Positions 29,210 to 39,017 of a stretch of 64,000 bases of DNA are shown in pieces. Every line of letters begins with the position of its first letter. The stretch's first letter is position 1. Source of the stretch: Candidatus Multivoradales bacterium (lineage in GTDB: Bacteria > Acidobacteriota > Thermoanaerobaculia > Multivoradales > JAHEKO01); contig CBDFIJ010000004.1 in NCBI GenBank assembly GCA_965248055.1, positions 2,240,001 through 2,304,000 on the forward strand, read 5' to 3'. The position numbers and the translations under genes were made by a program. The notes beneath the pieces were generated by a model. The model worked only from the letters and a program-made list of their open reading frames with translations, was not told where the DNA came from and did not search any database.

Positions 29210-30086
29210 GCAGATCTCTCAACAGTATGGCGTCACCAGCATGGTGGAGCCATTGCAACGGGTAGCCATGTGCCGACCAGGAACAGCCATGCTGAAGGCA
29301 GATCCGAGCTTGTGGCACTACGCCAAGCCCTTGGATCGAAATCGGCTTCTTCAGCAATACGGTGCCTTCACAGACCTAGTTGAAAAGAGTGGAGCCAACA
29401 TAGAGTGGATGGCATCCAATCAAAGTCTTGCGGATTCCGTCTTCACCTACGACCCATCGCTTGTGATTGCTGATGGCGCTGTAGTGCTACGCCCTGGAAA
29501 GCAACTTCGCGAGCCAGAAGCCCAACTGCACCAACAGTTCTACGAGCGATTGGGTGTTCCATTGCTTGGCACGATCACCGCCCCAGGCACGGTCGAAGGC
29601 GGTGATTGTTTTTGGATCGACGATCAGACTATGGCAGTAGGTCGAGGGTTTCGTTCTAACCAAGAGGGAATCTCGCAATTGAAGAGAATCCTCGCAGTCC
29701 ATGGGGTAACCGTCGAATCGTTCGACTTGCCGGTTTGGGATGGAGATTCAGCTTGCTTGCATCTGATGTCGCTGGTGAGCCCCCTCGATCATGATCTGGC
29801 TTTGGTCTATCGCCGATTGCTACCGGTCGCCCTCTACCAGCTGCTCTGCGAGCGAGGTGTTTCTTGCCTTGAAGCACCGGATCAGGAGTTCGCTGCTTCC
29901 AAAGGCCTGAACCTGAACGTCTTGGCTACCGCACCCCGTCAATGCATTGCGGTGGCAGGATTTCCTGAGACCGCAGGCTTGATGAGCGAAGCTGGTTGTG
30001 AGGTTTCATTGTTCGCCGCCGACGATCTCTGTATTCCTTGCGAGGGCGGACCCACCTGCATGACCCGACCGATCCTGCGAGGCTAG
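29202..30086 (+). CDS. Dimethylarginine dimethylaminohydrolase / amidinotransferase-family protein
   Basis: DSVFTYDP, VEGGD, LHLMS and GGPTCMTRP motifs. Confidence 0.88.
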   Translation: MSKQISQQYGVTSMVEPLQRVAMCRPGTAMLKADPSLWHYAKPLDRNRLLQQYGAFTDLVEKSGANIEWMASNQSLADSVFTYDPSLVIADGAVVLRPGKQLREPEAQLHQQFYERLGVPLLGTITAPGTVEGGDCFWIDDQTMAVGRGFRSNQEGISQLKRILAVHGVTVESFDLPVWDGDSACLHLMSLVSPLDHDLALVYRRLLPVALYQLLCERGVSCLEAPDQEFAASKGLNLNVLATAPRQCIAVAGFPETAGLMSEAGCEVSLFAADDLCIPCEGGPTCMTRPILRG

Positions 30087-30129
30087 CCAAGTAAGCCGAT
30101 CGAAAAGCTCCGTTCTTCGGACAGGTCGT

Positions 30130-31350
30130 CTACGAGTAATCGCGCTGGCGAACGGTCAGGTTGGCAAACAACAATCCGATGACCAAGGAAAAGGCGATCA
30201 CCATCATCGAAAAGCCAGCTGAGAGCCCCGAGACAACATCTTCGGCCAAAAGCGCCGAAAGGCTGCGAAATCCGATGCTCCCTGGCACCAAGATCAGCAG
30301 CGCAGGCAAAATGGGGATCGCCGAAGGGATATTGCGCCAGCGAGACATGAGCGTACCCAGGGTACCCACCAGCCAAGCTCCCACTAAGGCACCCAGGTAG
30401 GGCCCCAAATACTCAGTGCCAAAGCGGGCGCCGAAAAAAGCTACGCTAGTCATCACCAAGACCACGGGAGTGTCTTTGGGCCTGGCTTGAAACAACACTG
30501 TAAGTGCTATCGAAGTGGCCACTAACGCTGCCAAGACGATTGTCAAGGATGGCGGCGATGGCGACGAAGAGGCTTGCGGGGCGACTGCTAGATCTGCCAA
30601 CCGTTGTCCCAAAGCTACGCCAAATGCGAGCTGCAGAAAGGTGATCATGGCGCCAGAAAGTCGAGCGGTACCGCTCACCAAATGTCGGTGCGCAAGCTCG
30701 CTGACCGCGATGGTCAGCGTCAGTCCGGGAAGAATGACGATCAAACCAGCCAAGGTGGGGATCAACGGGTAGAGATCGCCGAAGACGCCATTGGCCAGGG
30801 TGGTTAATAGTCCGGCTGCAATTCCAGCCAGCGAGGGAAATACCAGCGCCCAGCGAGGAGAGCGGGTGATCAAAGTGGCCCCAATACCGATAATCAATCC
30901 CAGGGCAGCAGAGACCAGCGACTCACGCCAGCCACCGTCGAAGAAAAAAGCAACCGTAGCCGAAGCAATACCGAAAGCCAGAATGGTAGTCCAAAGAGGA
31001 TGAGTACCTGGCCGCTGCAACAGTTGTTCAATCGCCTCGGAACCTTCCGAGGGCGAAGTCTTCCTCTGCTGTACTTGCCGAAAAATGGCTTGCAAGTCAT
31101 CGAGCTTGGCCAGGTTGCTTTCACCGCTGTCCACCCGAGCCAAATATGTGTGTGAATTGGCGCCCGATCCGAAGGAGGCCACGATCGAGGTCGGAGTTAC
31201 CAGAAATTCGGCTTGGGTATCCAAAGCAGCAGCGACTCGCGCTAACGCCCCCTCGGTTCGATGGGAGGGGCTACCGAATCGATGGAGTGCCCGCGCCAGC
31301 TTGACTAAAAAAGCTTGTTCTGGCACCAACGGTTGAGATTGAGTATGCAT
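30130..31350 (-). CDS. ThrE-family threonine/serine exporter
   Basis: LARALHRFGSPSHRTE, ILPGLTLT..ELA...VSG, LVPG. Confidence 0.88.
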   Translation of the reverse strand: MHTQSQPLVPEQAFLVKLARALHRFGSPSHRTEGALARVAAALDTQAEFLVTPTSIVASFGSGANSHTYLARVDSGESNLAKLDDLQAIFRQVQQRKTSPSEGSEAIEQLLQRPGTHPLWTTILAFGIASATVAFFFDGGWRESLVSAALGLIIGIGATLITRSPRWALVFPSLAGIAAGLLTTLANGVFGDLYPLIPTLAGLIVILPGLTLTIAVSELAHRHLVSGTARLSGAMITFLQLAFGVALGQRLADLAVAPQASSSPSPPSLTIVLAALVATSIALTVLFQARPKDTPVVLVMTSVAFFGARFGTEYLGPYLGALVGAWLVGTLGTLMSRWRNIPSAIPILPALLILVPGSIGFRSLSALLAEDVVSGLSAGFSMMVIAFSLVIGLLFANLTVRQRDYS

Positions 31351-31736
31351 TGGTCGCGGTGGTCAATTTTGAAGGAGAGTTTGCCAGAGGTGAACCGGTA
31401 AACGGCTAACCGTGGCTACCTTACACTTGCGTGGTGGACCAAGTGCTGTTGGGGAGACTCCAACACTCCAAATGAGCGAAGCAAACCCTCCAGGCAGGGC
31501 AGCGGACACCATGTTCGCCGGTATTTTTGAACCTAGGAGCCGAAGAGGGGACATCGTGCGTGTCCCCTTTGTCAGTGGATGGATCTGCCTTCCTTGTCCG
31601 TCTGCACAAAGCCGCTCAAACAAGAAGCTGTGCGACGACGCTAGGCTTGCTAAAGTCGATGGAGGAACCGTAGCGACGGTACTCCGCCAGGGACTGATTT
31701 CCCTGACTCGTTGAAGAATCCATAGTAGGGGTAAGT

Positions 31737-33203
31737 ATGAAACAGACTTTCTTGCGGATCATGGTGATCGTGGTTGCCGCGCTTTTTCCTAGTCGCGGGG
31801 GAATCGCTCAACAGAATCAACCGACGCCAAATATCGCCATGTCTGCATATCAACTAGATGTGACTCTGGACTTTTCCAAAGGCGGTGAGGAGTATCCGTT
31901 TCTCAACGAAATGGTCGGGAGGGCCCGCTTGACATTTTTGAATCGTGGCGATCAGGCGCTTACCAAGATTCCTGTTTTGCTCAACCGGTTGATGACCGTT
32001 ACCGAGGCGCGCGACGCGGAAGGCAACAATCTAGTTAGCGATTCCACGTTGGTGGGCATTCAAGGCTGGGAATCGTTCCAAGTGAATCATACTCAGGTGA
32101 GACTGGCGAAGCCCCTCGAACCGAGCCAATCTATGACCCTGGATATCACCTATGGCGGGCAGATGGCAGCATCGCGCGAGAGCGGTATGGCCTATGTCCA
32201 AGAGACGCTGGATCCAGCCTTTTCGATTTTCCGAATCGAGACCTTTGCCTATCCGGTTATCAACCTTCCCGACGCTCAAGGCAAGAGCCCTCTCGCCATG
32301 TCAAGTGCCTTTAGCCAGCGGATAACTATCAATATGCCGGAGGGACACGACATTGCGACAGGCGGCAGCAGACTGCTGGACAAAGTGCAGCACGGACGCC
32401 GCACGGTGACTGTCGAAATAACCACTCCGAGCGACGTTATGGTCTTTGCCGTTGCTCCCTACCAAACCATTCAGGTCGAGGATGTGCAGTTCTATTTTTT
32501 CCAAAGTGATCAGGAGGGGGCACAACGACTGTCAACGGCGGCGGGTGAAGCTCTTGAGTTACTGGCTGACTGGTTCGGGCCGCGGCAGTCATCCCCGGAA
32601 GGAATTGCGTTTGTTGAAATCCCGCCAGGCTATGGTTCGCAGGCGATTTTTCCAACCATCATCCAGACCGCTGCTGCCTACCGTGACCCAGCGCGGACCT
32701 TTGAGATGTTCCACGAAGTAGCACATCTTTGGAACGTTCGCGACCTGGATACTCCGTCGCCGCGTTGGAATGAAGGACTCTCGACCTTCTTGCAATATCT
32801 TGTAGACGACCGTTTGCGAGAACCCGGAGCTTATGAAAGTGGTACCGAGGCTACGTTCCAAACTGCAAAGCGCCTAGTTGGTGACGACGCCAACTGCGTT
32901 GGTATTCGCGAGTTTGGCGATTCCACGGTGATGCGGGGGCAATCGTATATCTTGGGTGGTCTGTTTTTTTCGCGTTTATACAATCGATTCGGAGCCGACT
33001 TTATCGAGGCTTACGGAGCGTTTTATCAATCCTACAAGGCGCAAGGTGCGACTAGCCGCGAACTTACCGATTTTCTTGAGCAGCGACTAGGCACCGAAGC
33101 GGCGAGGGAAACCCGGACGTGGTTTGATTCCTGCGACTACTTGGATCAGATAAGAGGAGCCGAGAAGTTCTCTGACTTTCTGGCGGTGGCGTTGTCCAAC
33201 TAG
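31737..33203 (+). CDS. Secreted M1-like (gluzincin) metallopeptidase
   Basis: Signal peptide; HEVAH...WNEGL. Confidence 0.8.
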   Translation: MKQTFLRIMVIVVAALFPSRGGIAQQNQPTPNIAMSAYQLDVTLDFSKGGEEYPFLNEMVGRARLTFLNRGDQALTKIPVLLNRLMTVTEARDAEGNNLVSDSTLVGIQGWESFQVNHTQVRLAKPLEPSQSMTLDITYGGQMAASRESGMAYVQETLDPAFSIFRIETFAYPVINLPDAQGKSPLAMSSAFSQRITINMPEGHDIATGGSRLLDKVQHGRRTVTVEITTPSDVMVFAVAPYQTIQVEDVQFYFFQSDQEGAQRLSTAAGEALELLADWFGPRQSSPEGIAFVEIPPGYGSQAIFPTIIQTAAAYRDPARTFEMFHEVAHLWNVRDLDTPSPRWNEGLSTFLQYLVDDRLREPGAYESGTEATFQTAKRLVGDDANCVGIREFGDSTVMRGQSYILGGLFFSRLYNRFGADFIEAYGAFYQSYKAQGATSRELTDFLEQRLGTEAARETRTWFDSCDYLDQIRGAEKFSDFLAVALSN

Positions 33204-33308
33204 CCGCCGTTTTTCTAGGCTGCTACTCGACCAGAACGGTAAGTAGGAGCAATCGAACCGAATAGGCCCATCCTTCCAAACCGAATCGTTTCCGACTCGA
33301 GCTTCCAA

Positions 33309-35204
33309 TCAGTCGGCGATCATCTCGACCGCCAACTGTTGCTGCAGTTCTCCGTAGCGATCCATCATCGAGCCAATGACTTCTGGATTGGTCATGTCGA
33401 CCCCGGCGCGCTTGAGCGCGTCCATTGGATAGACACTGCCGCCTAAGCGCAACATCGCCAAGTAGTCTTCCACCGCGGTGATGTCGCCCTCTCGAAATCG
33501 GCCAGCGATCGCTTCGCCAGCGGCGTAGCTGGTGGCATAAACCCAGACGTAGAAGTTACGATAGAAGTGACTCACCCGTGCCCAACCCGCTTGGTACTCA
33601 GGATCGACGACCAAGTCGTCACCGTAGTAGGTCTGCCACAGGTCAGTGTAGGCGGTTCCCAAGCTCTCTTTGGTCATCGGTTCGCCAGCTTCCGCCATCG
33701 CATGGGCCTTGGCTTCCCATTCATGAAAGAACACTTGGCGCAGAAAGGTGCCGGTGACGTTGTTCATTGCTTGATTGAGTAGTAACTTGCGCTCATCGGC
33801 ATCGCTGCTGCGTTGGAACATCCACTCCAAGAATAGAGATTCGCTGGCAACCGACGCGACTTCGGCGACGAACAGACTGTAGCTGGCGTCGTGGTAGGGC
33901 TGCGCTTGATCGGCCATGTAGCTATGGATCGAGTGACCCATTTCGTGCACTAGGGTCGAGACCGAGTCCAGAGAGCCGGCCCAATTGAGAAACAGGTAGG
34001 GATGGGTATTGTAAGTGCCCCACGAGTAGGCACCGGGTCGTTTGCCCTCGTTGGTGTAGACGTCGATCCAGCGCTCCTGGCGGGCTCGCTCGGCGATGGC
34101 GGCGTACTCCTCACCGAAGGTTTCTTGCCAAAAGTCCATCGCCAGGGCCCAGCCTTGGTCGAAGGTGTATTTTTTGTCGATCCCCGTTAGCAGGTTGGCG
34201 TAGAGGTCGTAGATGTGCAGTTCGTCGAGACCTTGAAGCTGCTTGCGCAGCCCGGCGTAGCTGTGTACCTGATCAATATTGTCGTGGACCGTGTTCACCA
34301 ATCGATCGACCACGGTGCGGGGTACATTGACACCGTCCAATGCCATCTCCAAGGTCGAGTCGTAGCCACGGGTGCGCGCCATCCAAACTGCTCGTTGAAC
34401 GCTGCCTCCGTAGGTCGCGGCAAAGGTGTTGGCGAATTGAGAGTAGGCACCGAACATTGCTAGGGCAGCCTGCTGACGCACCTCGCGATCGTCGCTGGTT
34501 ACGAAGCGGGTGTACTGGCCGGGCACCGCCTTGGCGTCATTGCCGTCTTCATCGGTCACCGTTGGCCACTCGATGCCGGTGTTCTCAAGTGCCGAGAACG
34601 CTTGCTGGTGCGCGCTGCCGGAGAGTGATGACCCGGCCAGGATTCCTTCGACCTCTGGCGACAACAGGTGCTCGCGACTGCGAACCACGTTGTCAATGTA
34701 GTGCTGGTATGGCGCTACCTCTGGATGTCTAAGAAACTCGGTGAGTTGTTGCTCTGAGAGTTGTGAAATTTCTGGATCGATGAACGCCGTCGCCTCTTGG
34801 AGCCGGGAAGCGAACCCTCGGGCGCTTCCTGCCAGTTCACTCGATTCTGGATCAGCTGTGTTGGTATTGAGTCCTTGATGGGCATATACGTAAAGGTCTT
34901 CGAAGTGACGCGAGGCGGCGAATGACGCGTTCAACGCTGTCGCCAGCGCTTCAGGGGAGTCGCCAAGCGTGCCTTGATAGTCGCTGAGAGCGTCAATCAT
35001 CGGTGCCAAATCCGCTGCTGCTTGTTCCCACGCTTCGCGATCGGCGTAAATCGGTGTCAGATCCCAGCGATCTTGCTCGGGGATCTGGTTACGAGAATCG
35101 TAGTAGAGCTGCTCAGCGGTAGCGTCTTCGGCGATTGCCGGGTTGGGCAACATTGAAAACGCGACCACAAGACAGAGAAATGAACACAGGTATTTGGTTT
35201 TCAT
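33309..35204 (-). CDS. pepF: Oligoendopeptidase F (M3B) with signal peptide
   Basis: WDLTPIY, GKRPGAYS, HEMGHSIH and VAEVAS motifs. Confidence 0.92.
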   Translation of the reverse strand: MKTKYLCSFLCLVVAFSMLPNPAIAEDATAEQLYYDSRNQIPEQDRWDLTPIYADREAWEQAAADLAPMIDALSDYQGTLGDSPEALATALNASFAASRHFEDLYVYAHQGLNTNTADPESSELAGSARGFASRLQEATAFIDPEISQLSEQQLTEFLRHPEVAPYQHYIDNVVRSREHLLSPEVEGILAGSSLSGSAHQQAFSALENTGIEWPTVTDEDGNDAKAVPGQYTRFVTSDDREVRQQAALAMFGAYSQFANTFAATYGGSVQRAVWMARTRGYDSTLEMALDGVNVPRTVVDRLVNTVHDNIDQVHSYAGLRKQLQGLDELHIYDLYANLLTGIDKKYTFDQGWALAMDFWQETFGEEYAAIAERARQERWIDVYTNEGKRPGAYSWGTYNTHPYLFLNWAGSLDSVSTLVHEMGHSIHSYMADQAQPYHDASYSLFVAEVASVASESLFLEWMFQRSSDADERKLLLNQAMNNVTGTFLRQVFFHEWEAKAHAMAEAGEPMTKESLGTAYTDLWQTYYGDDLVVDPEYQAGWARVSHFYRNFYVWVYATSYAAGEAIAGRFREGDITAVEDYLAMLRLGGSVYPMDALKRAGVDMTNPEVIGSMMDRYGELQQQLAVEMIAD

Positions 35205-35399
35205 TCGGGCCTCCTCCTAGGGTTTGTGCCGACGGGGCTCACGGCATCGCCGGAACATCGTTAGCCAAGTGTACGTATGAAGTTGCAGGAAGTTACCCCC
35301 GTCGTGGAACCTTGTGTTTTTCAAGTACATTGTTTCTGAGGCGGATAGCCCGCAAGAAATAATACGTCGGTCGGTGTGAACAAAGCCCTGGAGGTATCT

Positions 35400-36770
35400 A
35401 TGTCATCTCTTTTTTCCCACTCTCGCTCATTGACACAATTTGCTATGACTTTGGTTTTGGTCGTGACGATCCTCTTGTCGGCATTTCCGGCAGCCCAGGC
35501 TCAGACACAAGACTCCGGAGTAGAAGCGGTGAAGCTCAGTGAGCAAGTCGCCGCAGAGGGTGTGGCCCTGAAGAAAGAGGGTCCTAGCGAGCCGGTGGTT
35601 GTTCCCGAAACGAGTGAAAAAGCGATGCGCTACTACCGTAGTGGCAACGTTCTTTGGTGGGTCAATCTGCTGATTTCGCTGTTGATTCCGGTCTTGTTTT
35701 TGTGGAGTGGGTTTTCTGCGCGCTTGCGCAGCTGGGCGATGGGTCTCGGTAAGAAATGGTTCTTGGCTTTGGCCGTTTATCTGGTCGCTTTCAACCTGAT
35801 CAATTACCTCCTCAATCTGCCTTTGGCTTACTACCAAGGGTTCGTCCGTCAACACGCCTACGACCTTTCCAACCAAGCTTTCAGCAAGTGGATGGGTGAC
35901 TCGGTCAAAGGACTGGGGGTGGGACTGATCATGGCGGTGCTGTTTACCTGGATTCCTTATTTGTTAATCCGCAAAAGCCCACGACGCTGGTGGCTCTATA
36001 CCGGCCTGGGTGTGGCGCCGTTTTTTTTCTTGGTCAACATGATCGCTCCGATTTGGATTGCCCCGCTGTTCAATGAATTCGGCCCAATGAAGAATCAAGC
36101 ACTGGAAGCCCAAATTTTGAATCTGGCAGACCGCGCCGGAATCGAGGGTAGCCGGGTTTTTGAGGTCAACAAGAGTGTCGACACCGAGGCGGTCAATGCC
36201 TACGTTTCCGGGTTCATGGGAACTAAGCGGATCGTTCTTTGGGACACCATCATCGAAAAGCTGTCCGAGGAGGAGTTGCTGTTTGTCATGGGGCATGAAA
36301 TGGGCCACTACAAGCTGGGCCATATCATTGCTTTGACACTGCTCATTTCCGCGATGACGATGCTTGGTTTGTACTTGATCTATCGGGTTTCCGGGGGGCT
36401 GATCGCCAAGTATCGACACCGTTTCGGCTTCAGCGAGCTGGGAGACTTCGCCTCGCTGCCACTGTTATCGTTGCTACTCGGTCTGTTCTTCTTCATCCTG
36501 ACGCCGGGTTTCTTAACCATCAGTCGTCACTATGAGCACGAAGCGGATCGCTTTGGCTTGGAGCTGACGCACGACAACTATGCTGCGGCGACGGCGTTCG
36601 TCAAACTGCAGGAAGAAAATCTGGGTAACCCCTACCCGGGGCCGCTTTACAAACTGTGGAGATCCGGTCATCCGCCCCTTGGCGAACGGATCCAATTCTG
36701 CAATGAGTACCGTCCGTGGGAGACCGGCGACCCGTTACGTTACGGTGATCGATTCCGAGATTCTGAGTAG
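35400..36770 (+). CDS. M48 (Ste24-like) membrane metallopeptidase, copy 1
   Basis: NAYVSG, HEMGH, EHEADRF and HPP motifs. Confidence 0.92.
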   Translation: MSSLFSHSRSLTQFAMTLVLVVTILLSAFPAAQAQTQDSGVEAVKLSEQVAAEGVALKKEGPSEPVVVPETSEKAMRYYRSGNVLWWVNLLISLLIPVLFLWSGFSARLRSWAMGLGKKWFLALAVYLVAFNLINYLLNLPLAYYQGFVRQHAYDLSNQAFSKWMGDSVKGLGVGLIMAVLFTWIPYLLIRKSPRRWWLYTGLGVAPFFFLVNMIAPIWIAPLFNEFGPMKNQALEAQILNLADRAGIEGSRVFEVNKSVDTEAVNAYVSGFMGTKRIVLWDTIIEKLSEEELLFVMGHEMGHYKLGHIIALTLLISAMTMLGLYLIYRVSGGLIAKYRHRFGFSELGDFASLPLLSLLLGLFFFILTPGFLTISRHYEHEADRFGLELTHDNYAAATAFVKLQEENLGNPYPGPLYKLWRSGHPPLGERIQFCNEYRPWETGDPLRYGDRFRDSE

Positions 36771-36988
36771 AGACAGCAGTACTTTTCATGCGGGTCGATT
36801 TCGTCTTTTACGTTGGTCTTCTTTCTCTTGACCTAGGCTTACATTGAAGTATCTTGGGAGTCGCAGCACCACGAAAGGTGAGTGTAGGCACGTTGAGCAA
36901 CCTCCGCGAAGCTGCTAGCTTGTTGAGGCACACGTCAGGATCTGGTGCCTGGAGGGCGCCAGGACTTAACTACGGTCGCGGAGGGGAT

Positions 36989-38362
36989 ATGCACAGTACA
37001 TCAAACTCAATGCCGCACGGTCGAACCCTGATTCGGTCCCTGGTGGTCCTTGTGGTGATCGCTCTGTCGGGTCTGGCCCCAGTGGCCGTCGGCCAAGTTT
37101 CCACCGAGAAACAAGAGCAAAGCAACGCTGCAGTAGAGGCCGTTGAAGTGGGAGCTACGCTTGTGGCCGACGCGCCTGACGACCGGGTGATTGTGCCACC
37201 GGCGTCTGAAAAAACGCTCAACTACTACAAGAGCGGTAATGTTCTCTGGATTGTCGGTGTCTTAGTCGGCCTTTTGATTCCAGCTCTTTTTCTCTGGACC
37301 GGGCTTTCTGCGCGCTTGCGTACCTGGGCGATTGGTTTCGGGCGCTGGTGGTTCTTCGCATTGGCTATCTACTTGGTGGGATACAACGCCATCAGTTATC
37401 TCCTGAAGCTACCTCTGGCCTACTACGGAGGATTTGTTCGTCAGCACGCCTACGATCTTTCGAATCAAACGTTAGCCAAGTGGTTGGGAGACTCAGTCAA
37501 AGGCCTTGCCGTAAGTACCATTATTGCAACATTGACCATTTGGCTGGTTTATCTCTTGATCCGCAAGAGTCCAACTCGATGGTGGCTCTACGCTGGGCTT
37601 GCGGTGATTCCGTTCATCTTTGTCATCAACATGATCGCGCCGATATGGATTGCGCCGATGTTTAACGACTTTGGCCCGATGCAGGACAAGCAGCTTGAGT
37701 CCCAAATTCTTGCCCTCGCGGATCGCGTTGGTATCGAAGACAGCCGGGTCTTTGAGGTTGACAAGAGTGTTGATACAGAACGAGTGAATGCCTATGTCAG
37801 TGGTTTTCTTGGAACCAAGAGGATTGTTTTGTGGGATACGGCCATCGAAAAGCTCGATGCAGGTGCGATTCTCTTTGTCGTTGGGCACGAAATGGGCCAC
37901 TACCTATTGAGCCACGTTGTTGTGTTGGTGTTTCTGATGTCCGCAATCGCGATGCTCGGGTTTTACTTTATTTACAGAGTTTCCGACGGGCTAATTAGAC
38001 GGCATGAGAAGCGTTTCGGCTTCTCCAAGTTAGGCGACTTTGCTTCTCTGCCGCTTTTGTTTCTCTTGATGAATATGTACTTCTTTTTTGCCAGCCCAGG
38101 CCTCAATGCCTACACCAGGTATATGGAACGCGAGGCCGATCGTTTCGGGCTTGAGCTGACCCGCAACAATCAGGCGGCAGCCGAAGGATTCGTCAAGGTA
38201 CAGACGGAGAATCTTTACAATCCCTACCCCGGACCGTTTTACAAACTGTGGAGATCCGGTCACCCACCCCTAGGCGAGCGGGTCCAGTTCTGCAATGAGT
38301 ACCGTCCGTGGGAGACCGGCGAACCGTTACGTTACGGTGATCGATTCCGAGATTCTGAGTAG
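36989..38362 (+). CDS. M48 (Ste24-like) membrane metallopeptidase, copy 2
   Basis: Tandem paralog with the same motifs; GGAGGGG RBS. Confidence 0.92.
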   Translation: MHSTSNSMPHGRTLIRSLVVLVVIALSGLAPVAVGQVSTEKQEQSNAAVEAVEVGATLVADAPDDRVIVPPASEKTLNYYKSGNVLWIVGVLVGLLIPALFLWTGLSARLRTWAIGFGRWWFFALAIYLVGYNAISYLLKLPLAYYGGFVRQHAYDLSNQTLAKWLGDSVKGLAVSTIIATLTIWLVYLLIRKSPTRWWLYAGLAVIPFIFVINMIAPIWIAPMFNDFGPMQDKQLESQILALADRVGIEDSRVFEVDKSVDTERVNAYVSGFLGTKRIVLWDTAIEKLDAGAILFVVGHEMGHYLLSHVVVLVFLMSAIAMLGFYFIYRVSDGLIRRHEKRFGFSKLGDFASLPLLFLLMNMYFFFASPGLNAYTRYMEREADRFGLELTRNNQAAAEGFVKVQTENLYNPYPGPFYKLWRSGHPPLGERVQFCNEYRPWETGEPLRYGDRFRDSE

Positions 38363-38450
38363 ATCCTAGGCTGAGACGATTTTGCGATCGCCCACTTGAG
38401 TTAAGCAATTTCCAGCGGAGTAGCTGGGACCTCGATTCTCGCTGAGCCGC

Positions 38451-38939
38451 CTAGAATTCAGTCTTTTGGATCGTTTGGTGGATCTCGTTGACCTGCATCA
38501 AAGCGGCTGAGGCGTAGAGCTTGGTCATTTCATAGACGAAGATCCCGGCTTCGACGGTTGGATCTGTCTTGATGAGCGCTTCGGCCTTGTCAAGAGTTCC
38601 CGCGTTGAGTACCAGAATTCCGCGCATTGGTGCACGGTCCATTAGTGGTCCGGCCACAGCCAATTTCCCTTCTTCGGCGAGTCGGCCCATGTTGGCGAAA
38701 TGCCCCGAGAACAAGGCTTGGCGCTCCTCTGGGTCGGTGATTTTTGAGTCCGCGGGACCGGTTTTCAAGATCACCAGTACGTAGGACTTCATGCCGTATT
38801 GGTCTGCCCCCAGTTGCTCTGCCAGTTGTTGGTCGTAGACCTTCTGTGAGGGATGGTCTACCTTGATCGGATCGGAAGCAAGAAGAGGAGAGACGGCGAC
38901 CATCAATAGAACGGCAGATAGGAATTTCATTTTAGTCAT
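38451..38939 (-). CDS. YciI-family protein with signal peptide
   Basis: GADQYGMKSYV, GHFANM..L...GKLAVAGP. Confidence 0.8.
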   Translation of the reverse strand: MTKMKFLSAVLLMVAVSPLLASDPIKVDHPSQKVYDQQLAEQLGADQYGMKSYVLVILKTGPADSKITDPEERQALFSGHFANMGRLAEEGKLAVAGPLMDRAPMRGILVLNAGTLDKAEALIKTDPTVEAGIFVYEMTKLYASAALMQVNEIHQTIQKTEF

Positions 38940-39017
38940 CACGATTCTCGGTTTCAAAGATTTGTAGTGCCGGGCATTGCCAGCGCGAGACGCGACCTCA
39001 ACCGCAGCACTATTGGG

